Positions 29,616 through 37,338 of a DNA stretch of 64,000 nt are shown in pieces; positions within the stretch are counted from its first letter, which is position 1, and every line of letters begins with the position of its first letter. Position numbers and translations under genes: made by a program. This DNA is from a bacterium (GTDB taxonomy: Bacteria > SM23-31): assembly GCA_965249485.1 (NCBI GenBank), contig CBDFMG010000005.1:97337-161336 (forward strand), read 5' to 3'. The notes beneath the pieces were generated by a model. It did not search any database. It worked only from the letters and a program-made list of their open reading frames with translations, and was not told where the DNA came from.

Positions 29616-30629
29616 TTGTATTTGATGAAAGTCGAACTGCAGATTGAAAACGTGGTGACAAAGACAGAGTGCTGCAAGACTTTTGATGTTGACGCGCTGG
29701 TAAAGTACAATGGGGCGTTTCGTGACATAGGTTTTCCTCCTGCAAAGTTTCGCTTCATGCGTCCCAAAAAACAAGTTACAGTCAACGTGTACAAGACAGG
29801 AAAGATAATCTGTCTTGGTGCAAAGTCAATAGAGAGGGCAATAGAGTACACAGAACGCATCATGAAAAAGCTTGACATTACGGACTCGTCAGAGATCACA
29901 GTAACGCGTGTAATGATGTCCGGACACTTTGTTGAAAAGGTGAACGTCTATAATGCAATACCTCTGATTGAAAAGGCAAGCAGATTCATAGGAATTGACT
30001 GCAACACAACAGGTCATGCTGCAGTAGTTGCCATACCTCATACAGGCAAAATACACAAGCTTGGAAAATCAGCCATTCATACGCATTCAAAATACAAGGC
30101 AGTTAGAAAGAAACTGCAAAGACAAGGAAAATTCTCACTGCTTAAAAAAATAAAAAACAAGGAATCAAGAATTGTAAAAAACATCAATCACCACGTTTCA
30201 AAAAAGATTGTCTCAAAGAATCAGGGAATCGTTTTGGAAAACATCAAGGGAATCAGAAAACTCTACAGAAAGGGAAACGGTCAAGGAAAAAAATATCGTG
30301 GAAGAATGAACTCCTGGAGCTACTACGAGCTACAGCGACAGATAGAGTATAAAGCTAAATGGGCTGGACTTCCAGTCCGATATGTAAGGGCAGTAGGAAC
30401 ATCATCAAAATGTGCGGTATGTGGAGTCAAGCTAATCTCCGAAGAGCACAGAAAGATGTGGTGTCCTAGTTGCAGAAATGTAGTTGATAGGGATATCAAC
30501 GCAGCCAAAAATATCTTGGCTAGAGGGATGAGGTTCGTCCCCGACGGGTCACAAGTTGAAGCGGTGAAGCAGTCAAAAGATGCAGAGCAGATTGTGGTCA
30601 GTAAGTCTCCAATGATTCTCTACAATTGA
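29616..30629 (+). CDS. Chimeric ORF joining TBP N-terminal repeat 1 (~122 aa) to the C-terminal two-thirds of an IS605-family TnpB (RuvC-I to RuvC-III plus zinc finger)
   Basis: Residues 1-122 are identical to the TBP gene at 31398-31943. They are followed by FIGIDCNTTGHAAVV (RuvC-I GID), a zinc finger CAVCG...CPSCRN, and RuvC-III VVDRDINAAKNI. The N-terminal WED/REC part of TnpB is absent. The start is TTG in the ORF track, and an in-frame ATG follows 3 codons later. Confidence 0.55.
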   Translation: MYLMKVELQIENVVTKTECCKTFDVDALVKYNGAFRDIGFPPAKFRFMRPKKQVTVNVYKTGKIICLGAKSIERAIEYTERIMKKLDITDSSEITVTRVMMSGHFVEKVNVYNAIPLIEKASRFIGIDCNTTGHAAVVAIPHTGKIHKLGKSAIHTHSKYKAVRKKLQRQGKFSLLKKIKNKESRIVKNINHHVSKKIVSKNQGIVLENIKGIRKLYRKGNGQGKKYRGRMNSWSYYELQRQIEYKAKWAGLPVRYVRAVGTSSKCAVCGVKLISEEHRKMWCPSCRNVVDRDINAAKNILARGMRFVPDGSQVEAVKQSKDAEQIVVSKSPMILYN

Positions 30630-30671
30630 AGGATCTGACGAAGACTTTACAGAACCAAAAATAGATGTCAA

Positions 30672-31304
30672 CTACCCTGGCCTGACACGTACAGTGTATG
30701 CATCGGAGATTAGAGTGTCCTCACCAGATTCAAACTGAAGCTTCAGGGTTAACCTGTCAGAGATGTTTACTACCTTGCTGATGTCTGGACTGGTTGTTTC
30801 TGTAACTTCAATTTTGAACGCATTGGTTCTGCCGCCTTCAAGTACAGACTCTGTCACTGTACCTACCGCATCACCAACAGAGAATCCTTTGAAAGTTCCA
30901 ATCCCTAAAGCAGCAGTACAACCGGTGAAAGTGGCAGCGCATCGGTTGGATGAAGCAGTGCCGTCTGTCAAAGTCAGAATTCCGGTATCGGCATCCTGTA
31001 TGATTCTCAAATCAGACACACTGATACTGTCAATGTAGATCTCAGAAACGGTTATCTGGCCGATGTTCTTGATTGCTCCGGTAATGCTTAGCGTGTCCCC
31101 GTCAAGCAGTGCGCTGAGTGTGGTAACTGTAATTCCACTGTTTGACAGGAATGGATCTGCCTGCTCCTGGAAAATAAAGTATAATCCGCTACCGGCAGCA
31201 GCAGTGACTCCCAATGTGATAATCGTTCCAAATATTGCAGACAGTGCAGCTTTCTTTGTTCGTGCTAGATGTCGTTTTCGTTGTTTATCATTCTCAATAT
31301 TCAT
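30672..31304 (-). CDS. Secreted or membrane-anchored hypothetical protein
   Basis: N-terminal basic stretch followed by the hydrophobic segment LSAIFGTIITLGVTAAAGSGLYFIF. 210 aa. Confidence 0.4.
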   Translation of the reverse strand: MNIENDKQRKRHLARTKKAALSAIFGTIITLGVTAAAGSGLYFIFQEQADPFLSNSGITVTTLSALLDGDTLSITGAIKNIGQITVSEIYIDSISVSDLRIIQDADTGILTLTDGTASSNRCAATFTGCTAALGIGTFKGFSVGDAVGTVTESVLEGGRTNAFKIEVTETTSPDISKVVNISDRLTLKLQFESGEDTLISDAYTVRVRPG

Positions 31305-31397
31305 TGATTTGAAATATTTAGAACTATTTAAGCACCGTGAGCGGGAAATTCCAACCCTAAACGGTGTGGGCTTTCTCGCCCTGATACTGTAAAAAAT

Positions 31398-31943
31398 TCA
31401 TGAGTTTGCACGAAGAATTATGCCATACAGCTCGTCAACTGCACTGCGAATCGCCTCCTCATCAGGTCCGCTACAACTTATCTTTATTGGCTCGACTGTA
31501 GCAAATATGTGCGTTGAGGTATTTCTTCCAGTAATGACTATTGCCTGAAACGCCTCGGTGTCAACTACCACATTATATCTTGCCTTTTCAATCAGAGGTA
31601 TTGCGTTATAGACGTTCACCTTTTCAACAAAGTGTCCGGACATCATTACACGCGTTACTGTGATCTCTGACGAGTCCGTAATGTCAAGCTTTTTCATGAT
31701 GCGTTCTGTGTACTCTATTGCCCTCTCTATTGACTTTGCACCAAGACAGATTATCTTTCCTGTCTTGTACACGTTGACTGTAACTTGTTTTTTGGGACGC
31801 ATGAAGCGAAACTTTGCAGGAGGAAAACCTATGTCACGAAACGCCCCATTGTACTTTACCAGCGCGTCAACATCAAAAGTCTTGCAGCACTCTGTCTTTG
31901 TCACCACGTTTTCAATCTGCAGTTCGACTTTCATCAAATACAA
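31398..31943 (-). CDS. tbp: TATA-box-binding protein (TBP), about 180 aa with two repeats
   Basis: Repeat 1 reads ...QIENVVTKTECCKTFDVDALVKY...PKKQVTVNVYKTGKIICLGAKSIERAIEYTERIMKKL, the TBP pattern N-VV-x-L-D-L ... T-x-LIF-SGK-xVCTGAKS. A shorter second repeat is present. The size is archaeal. The true start is probably the ATG 3 codons inside the TTG-start ORF. Confidence 0.7.
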   Translation of the reverse strand: MYLMKVELQIENVVTKTECCKTFDVDALVKYNGAFRDIGFPPAKFRFMRPKKQVTVNVYKTGKIICLGAKSIERAIEYTERIMKKLDITDSSEITVTRVMMSGHFVEKVNVYNAIPLIEKARYNVVVDTEAFQAIVITGRNTSTHIFATVEPIKISCSGPDEEAIRSAVDELYGIILRANS

Positions 31944-31956
31944 AAATACGATTACA

Positions 31957-31962
31957 ATTTAA
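31957..31962 (-). promoter_or_regulatory. TATA box of tbp (ttaaat on the coding strand)
   Basis: Located about -28 from the ATG. A type-1 hairpin repeat (31966-32016) sits immediately upstream. Confidence 0.4.
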
Positions 31963-32046
31963 CGCTAACTGCCACCGTACAAGTACGGCGGTCTTCTCGC
32001 CGTGTGATTATAATTTCCCCTTAAATACAGTCTTCCTTTTTGTAGA

Positions 32047-32413
32047 TATGCTAGAAAAACGCAAAGAAGAATCAGATAGTATTGGAAAATACCAGGGCAT
32101 ACTTACCAGTGTAGTAATTGCTGCAATGATCATGTGGATTGCACCGATAATGATTCCGTATCTAGTCGGCCTTGAAGGCGAAGACGTAGACGGAAACCAG
32201 CTGTCTGGTGAAGATCTGTTGTTTGCGCCACCTTCAGATTCAGAGCTTCCCGAGGAGATATCTGACAGGATAAGCGGGCTGTTTGGAATCCTGATGTGGT
32301 TTGCAAGAATCGTTCTGATCTTTGGTGTCATAATTGCAGTAATCATACTGCGTATAAGACAAACAGAACCCCAGAACATGCCGATCGCTTTAAACGAAAA
32401 GTGCCTGTGTTGA
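32047..32413 (+). CDS. Small two-helix membrane protein, VirB2/TrbC-pilin-like in topology
   Basis: About 120 aa starting MLEKRKEE... Two hydrophobic helices are separated by an acidic loop. The gene lies just upstream of a VirB3-like and a VirB4-like gene. Confidence 0.35.
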
Positions 32414-32820
32414 ATAGCATATACCATTTTTTTATCATCGGGTTCACAGCATCGTTCATACTGTTTGCAAGTGTCATTTTTTCTGATCAGATAAAGCCCT
32501 ACGAGGGCGCAATGATTGCAGCAGGCATTGTGGCGTACAGCGTGTCATTTTATCTTGATGTAAAATCCACTTGGAGGTTTGGCAGAAGGCGCGTGGCCAC
32601 TATGGAGTCCTCACCGGTTTTTCGAATTATGATAAAAAGGTACGGGTTTGCATCAGCAGTACTCGTCCAGATTGCGACAGAGGCAGGTCTTGCATTTGTC
32701 ATTGTTCCATACTTTGTAGGATACAGTCTTGATGTGATGATATCTTCTGTATCGCTGTTTCTGTTTGGTGTGATGCACATTGTCGGGTTTAGCTCCAACC
32801 GCGTCCTGATAAAAAAATGA
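32400..32820 (+). CDS. Small polytopic membrane protein in a VirB3-like position
   Basis: Start uncertain (GTG/TTG near 32400). Three to four TM helices. Lies between the VirB2-like and VirB4-like genes. Confidence 0.3.
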
Positions 32821-32857
32821 GGTTCTGTTGGGTATCCACAGAAGACACAACAGGACC

Positions 32858-32942
32858 ATATGTTGACCTTTGTGCAAATTTGCACAGAGGTTCTGTCAAC
32901 TGAGACTCGGCATTTGAGTCCGCCAAAGGCGCAGCAGAACTT
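32858..32942 (+). repeat. Type-2 dispersed repeat (~85 bp), copy a of 4, all in the same orientation
   Basis: Consensus CCTTTGTGCAAATTTGCACAGAGGTTCTGTCAACTGAGACTCGGCATTTGAGTCCGCCAAAGGCGCAGCAGAA. It contains the perfect 16-bp palindrome TGTGCAAATTTGCACA. Other copies are at about 39238-39300, 41176-41215 (partial) and 44541-44625. Confidence 0.8.
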
Positions 32943-33030
32943 CCGATGACAGAACTTAGTTTATCATCACACGGCGAGAAGACCGCCGTACAAGTACGGT
33001 GGCAGTTCACAGAACAGCTGACCCTTTTAA

Positions 33031-34956
33031 GTGAACTGGCAATCTCAAGTCGTGTTAGGTATTACAAAGAAAAAGTCAAAAAAGCCTGCAACGCCAAAGC
33101 CAAAGAAAAAAAATGACGTCTCATATGGAATAAGCCCCACAAACTATCTTATCCTATCACCGGACGAAAAGACGCAGGTGCTGCGTTCGTTCATCAACGT
33201 CATACGTTCCATTGAAAAAAAATTACAGATTACAATTGTAAACCAGACAATCCACACAACCTTTGCCGGAAAGGATTATGACTATGTTGAAAAGATGGCG
33301 TACTTTACGTCAAGGCAGGATCTCGGCGTTGCGCTGCTTGGTACGGGGTTCAAGTCGACAAGGCAGGACGAGCCGATTGCATTCAAAGTTGCAAAGGAGA
33401 AAAGATCACATCTTGAGATGGTTGATGGGACATTCTGGAGGACGTATGTCATTTATGATTTCTCAAGAAAAATAGAGCCGGCATGGGTCAACCAGCTCTC
33501 TGCAATATGCGATATGACAAATGTGAGCATATCCCCTATGAAGGTAAGCTCTGCAAAGCGCATGCTCGTAACGCATGCAAACACCCTGGAATCCACAACA
33601 GGAAAGAGACAGCACCAGGAGGCGGCAGATGCAAGGGAGGTTGTAGACATGCTGGTAAAGAACCAGACGTCAGTTTACGAGTGTGGGATCACGGCAGTAG
33701 TCACTGCCACTAGCAGAAAGGAGCTAAAGTCAAGATGCAGGGAGTTTGAGAGAAACGCAAAGATGAGACAGATAAAGTTTCTTGCCGTAAACAGCAAGCA
33801 GAAAGACACCCTTGATGGCTGGGGGCACAAGTTCCTCTTTGAGGAGATGTCATGCTCTGTGTTTTATCCGTTCGAATCCTCAGACATGATAGAGGCAGAC
33901 GGTGCAGGTGGCGTGTACATTGGCACAAACGAGCTTACCGGCACCCCTGTAATCTATGACTACCTGAACAGGACAAACTACAACATGACGATTCTGGGAT
34001 CATCGGGGTTCGGAAAGTCAGTTGCAGCAAAGACATACATTGATAATTTTTATGCCATGATTGCAGAAAAGTACGGACCAGACCAAAAGATAATGTCGTA
34101 CATCCTGGACCTGCACGGGGAATATGTGGAGCTTGCAGGCTATCTGAAAATGGACGTGATGGACCTGATGGGACGTGGAGAGATGGGCCTTGATCCGTTT
34201 ACGCTTCTGGAGTCAAGTGACATGGCAGTTGACTTGATTACAGATGTGGCAAACATGCCACCAGAACTCAAATCACTTACGCTTTCAATGGCAGGCGGTG
34301 TGAGGTCAATCTCAGAGATGGTACGCAGACTTGAAAACGACTCCACTGACAATGCCGAGGACTGCCGAAAGGCGTCAACTTACCTGCTGCAGTTCGTAAA
34401 GGGCGGTCTTGCAAAGATGTTTGGCGGTGAGATGAAGATCAAAGACCGAACAATAATTGCAATGAGAAAGGCAACAGAATCCGACATCAACTCAATGCTG
34501 ATTGCACTGACCATGCAAAAGATATGGATGGACATAATAAGCGCGCCAAGACACGTGTCAAAGCTGCTAGTTATTGAGGAGGCGTGGTTCGTACTGCGCC
34601 TGCCCTCAACTGCTGCAATACTTTCAAACATTGCACGTTCTGGAAGAAAAGAAAACCTGCATCTCATAGTGATGACTCATGACATTGATGATTTTCTACA
34701 AAACGAGTACGGCGCGGCTATCCTCAAAAACTCTGCTACCGTGTTTCTGCTGGGACTAAAGGCATCAACTGCAAAGACACTCCAGGAGGTGCTTGACCTG
34801 TCTGACAATGAAAGAGACGAAATAACATACCTTGACAAGGGACAGGCAATAATGCGTGCAGACAGAAACCGAGTGAAGCTAAAGGTAAAGCCCACTCCAG
34901 AGCAGCTAAAGATATTCAATACGGCAGCATCAGGCTTTGTGCCCACGGGTGACTGA
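33031..34956 (+). CDS. VirB4/TrbE/CedB-like conjugation/secretion ATPase
   Basis: Walker A ILGSSGFGKS. DLHGEY follows about 30 aa later. Walker B LLVIEEAWFVL is the VirB4-family DEAW-type motif. Followed by ARSGRKENLHLIVMTHD. 641 aa. Confidence 0.65.
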   Translation: MNWQSQVVLGITKKKSKKPATPKPKKKNDVSYGISPTNYLILSPDEKTQVLRSFINVIRSIEKKLQITIVNQTIHTTFAGKDYDYVEKMAYFTSRQDLGVALLGTGFKSTRQDEPIAFKVAKEKRSHLEMVDGTFWRTYVIYDFSRKIEPAWVNQLSAICDMTNVSISPMKVSSAKRMLVTHANTLESTTGKRQHQEAADAREVVDMLVKNQTSVYECGITAVVTATSRKELKSRCREFERNAKMRQIKFLAVNSKQKDTLDGWGHKFLFEEMSCSVFYPFESSDMIEADGAGGVYIGTNELTGTPVIYDYLNRTNYNMTILGSSGFGKSVAAKTYIDNFYAMIAEKYGPDQKIMSYILDLHGEYVELAGYLKMDVMDLMGRGEMGLDPFTLLESSDMAVDLITDVANMPPELKSLTLSMAGGVRSISEMVRRLENDSTDNAEDCRKASTYLLQFVKGGLAKMFGGEMKIKDRTIIAMRKATESDINSMLIALTMQKIWMDIISAPRHVSKLLVIEEAWFVLRLPSTAAILSNIARSGRKENLHLIVMTHDIDDFLQNEYGAAILKNSATVFLLGLKASTAKTLQEVLDLSDNERDEITYLDKGQAIMRADRNRVKLKVKPTPEQLKIFNTAASGFVPTGD

Positions 34957-35133
34957 GGAAGAGGGTTCCGTACTTGTACGGTGGCCTTCTCGCCGTGTGA
35001 TTATAATTTACAAAAAATTGTACGGATTTCATCAAAAACAGACAAAAATGACACCGATATTCGCATTTCAAGTGACCCCAAATTTTTTGACTTTTCTGAA
35101 AAATGGGCAAAAATTTTGGCACTAGGCGTGGCT

Positions 35134-35177
35134 TTTTACACTTAGCTACATAAATTTATGTAGCTAAGTGTAAAAAC
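35134..35177. repeat. Perfect 44-bp palindrome
   Basis: TTTTTACACTTAGCTACATAAAT|TTATGTAGCTAAGTGTAAAAA is exactly self-complementary. It is intergenic, between the VirB4-like gene and the tRNA. Confidence 0.8.
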
Positions 35178-35370
35178 GAATTTCGCTATTAAAAACTTGG
35201 AAAAACAGAGAAATTTGTCTCCAAAATAGTAAAAGCATTCCAGTATAAATAAGTTTGGTTCTGGGTAATCTGGGCTCTGTCAAGTTAGCGGGTGTTAGCT
35301 AGAAATTTTATCCGTGTCAAGTGTCGGGTGTTTTAGTTCTTAAAATCAACCCTGTATGATGACATAATAC

Positions 35371-35457
35371 GCAGAGAGTGGGATTCGAACCCACGGTTCG
35401 GTAAAGAACTGATGCTCAAGAGACAACCACTCTAGACCTTACTAAGCAATCTCTGCA
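35371..35457 (-). tRNA. tRNA gene of ~87 nt with no encoded CCA; long variable arm or intron; anticodon not resolved
   Basis: Reverse complement reads GCAGAGA...GTGGGTTCGAATCCCAC TCTCTGC. That gives a perfect 7-bp acceptor stem and a canonical T-arm (GTGGG-TTCGAAT-CCCAC). A GTTC/GAAC extra stem fits a class-II variable arm. I could not fold the D and anticodon arms by eye. Confidence 0.6.
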
Positions 35458-35812
35458 TAAGTCCCAAAAATCATAATGCAATATAAAATACAATGTCCTA
35501 GTGGGATTCTTTACCTTTTTGCCTTCCCAACTAGAACGTTACTGTCTAATCGTGATTTGCAAGGGCACGACACACAAGACAGAATACCAAGAATCGAGGC
35601 ATTTTATATTCAAAAAATTCACATATAACTTTACCGTGCTGGAAATTACTGTAACATACTGTACGGTTCTGTAAAGTCTTCGTTTGTCATGAACCTGAAA
35701 CTATCAAAGACATCTCTTAGCTCGTCTTTTTTGTCGTGGAACTGCCAGACGCACTTTACTTGTTTCTCTAGTTGTTGTTGCTGCTCTTGTTTTTCTAGAT
35801 TCTTGAGGTGGC

Positions 35813-36031
35813 TCATTTGTTTTCAGTCTCTTTGATCCATTTTTTAGTCGCTTCGCGGATGTTGCGTTTTTTTGTGTCCACTTTCAACGGGATATAGATT
35901 CCATTGTCTGTGACGACGAGATCCAAAGAGTCTCCACGTTTAATGTTGTAGTTGTCCCGGATTACTCTTGGCAACAACAGAGCATGGGAATTTCCAACTT
36001 TCAGGACACTACTAGACAAAATAAGTGGCAT
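35813..36031 (-). CDS. AbrB/MazE/SpoVT-family swapped-hairpin DNA-binding protein
   Basis: LKVGNSHALLLPRVIRDNYNIKRGDSLDLVVTDNGIYI matches the AbrB/MazE pattern. The stop overlaps the ATG of a downstream 57-aa ORF (ATGA). Confidence 0.5.
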   Translation of the reverse strand: MPLILSSSVLKVGNSHALLLPRVIRDNYNIKRGDSLDLVVTDNGIYIPLKVDTKKRNIREATKKWIKETENK

Positions 36032-36120
36032 GTTGTTATTGTGTTTTATGTGTACTTAAGTATTACTACTGTTACTATCTTTGTAAAAATATTTATATAC
36101 CACGCTGACTATACTATAGC

Positions 36121-37320
36121 ATGATAAGAATCAGAAAAGACGAGTACATTCGAAGGAGATACGACGCCAAAATAAAGGGGTATGGTGACGGCACGTTGTT
36201 TCTTACAAACAAGCGACTTTGCTTCGAGTCCTCAAAGCACGGCGTATGCTTTAATCTGGAGCTGGCTCACATCTGGGATTGGCTGGCAAAAAAGAAAAAG
36301 ATCCGCATAAGATGGCAAGAGCTATATCCGGGTCAGTCTCAAATTCCATTTGATTCAGAGATTTTTTCAGTTGACATTGAACTCATAAAGAAAAACGGCT
36401 ACAGGGCAGATCCAGAAGAGGTTCACTTTGCATTGTTTTACGCTTACACTGACGAGATGAAGTACGGCTATGATGGTCTTGGTTGGCATGTTAATGAGAA
36501 AAGAGAGTTGCATCACAGATACGATTTGACGCCACAAAAGTACAAAACAAGTGGAATGCGAGAAGTCATGGAAGTTAAGCAATGGCAAGTAGACATCTTA
36601 GAGGAGCAGGAACTGCTAAAGGCGGCAGGCATTGATGAAAAACAAAGATATGAACTGCTCGGAGATTTTGTGGCGTATGGAGATGAATGGGTAGAGTTCT
36701 TCAAGAAAAACACTGGCAAGACACAGCTCGAGCAAGACATCTTCATCAGAGTAGTGAATAGAAAAGCTTGGCAAAAAGATGGTATTTTTGATAAGGTCTA
36801 TGGATTGAAAACAAAAGAGCAAATAGAAAAAAGACTGAAAAACAGATCTGAAAGCACATCTCACGACGAAAACACAATTAAGCATTTAAAACAAGACATC
36901 GCAAAGTATGAAAAGGAAAACAACACCGAGAAACTCACCGAGGTCTTTCCACCAAGCCACGCAAAGCCTGGCGAGCAACCTGTAAGATATATGAACGTCT
37001 TTGGTGCTGATGATTGTCAAGTCCATTCCAGCAACCCAAGACAACACATTCCAAATCTAGGTGGAACTCGACATGACATGGTAAAAAATTTGACACGCAG
37101 ATTGCCTGTATGGAAGCGACTGGAGGAAATATTGACTCCAATGAGATTCGAGTTTCATTCTCAATATGAGGAAGTGAGATTTGCAGTAACTATGAAGCTC
37201 TTAGAAAAAATTGAGAAGGGCGAGGATATTTCAAACTATGTGCCAAAAGTAGAATTGCCAGAATCAAAGACAATTTGGGCTGAAAAACACATTACAGAAT
37301 ACATTCAAAAAGCATCATAA
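36121..37320 (+). CDS. Hypothetical protein
   Basis: 399-aa soluble ORF with no motif I recognise. Embedded in the T4SS-like region. Confidence 0.4.
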   Translation: MIRIRKDEYIRRRYDAKIKGYGDGTLFLTNKRLCFESSKHGVCFNLELAHIWDWLAKKKKIRIRWQELYPGQSQIPFDSEIFSVDIELIKKNGYRADPEEVHFALFYAYTDEMKYGYDGLGWHVNEKRELHHRYDLTPQKYKTSGMREVMEVKQWQVDILEEQELLKAAGIDEKQRYELLGDFVAYGDEWVEFFKKNTGKTQLEQDIFIRVVNRKAWQKDGIFDKVYGLKTKEQIEKRLKNRSESTSHDENTIKHLKQDIAKYEKENNTEKLTEVFPPSHAKPGEQPVRYMNVFGADDCQVHSSNPRQHIPNLGGTRHDMVKNLTRRLPVWKRLEEILTPMRFEFHSQYEEVRFAVTMKLLEKIEKGEDISNYVPKVELPESKTIWAEKHITEYIQKAS

Positions 37321-37338
37321 CAAAAAAAGGGAAATCAT

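Noticed and set aside
29616-29624. TTG start codons used by the ORF track for the TBP and TBP-TnpB ORFs
   Set aside because: An in-frame ATG three codons downstream (MKVELQ...) with a TATA box at about -28 is the more plausible start. The TTG extension is likely an ORF-finder artefact.
35260-35340. Imperfect direct repeats TGTCAAGTTAGCGGGTGTT / TGTCAAGTGTCGGGTGTTT upstream of the tRNA as an att core
   Set aside because: They are only ~15/19 identical and adjacent to each other, not flanking an element. Evidence is insufficient.
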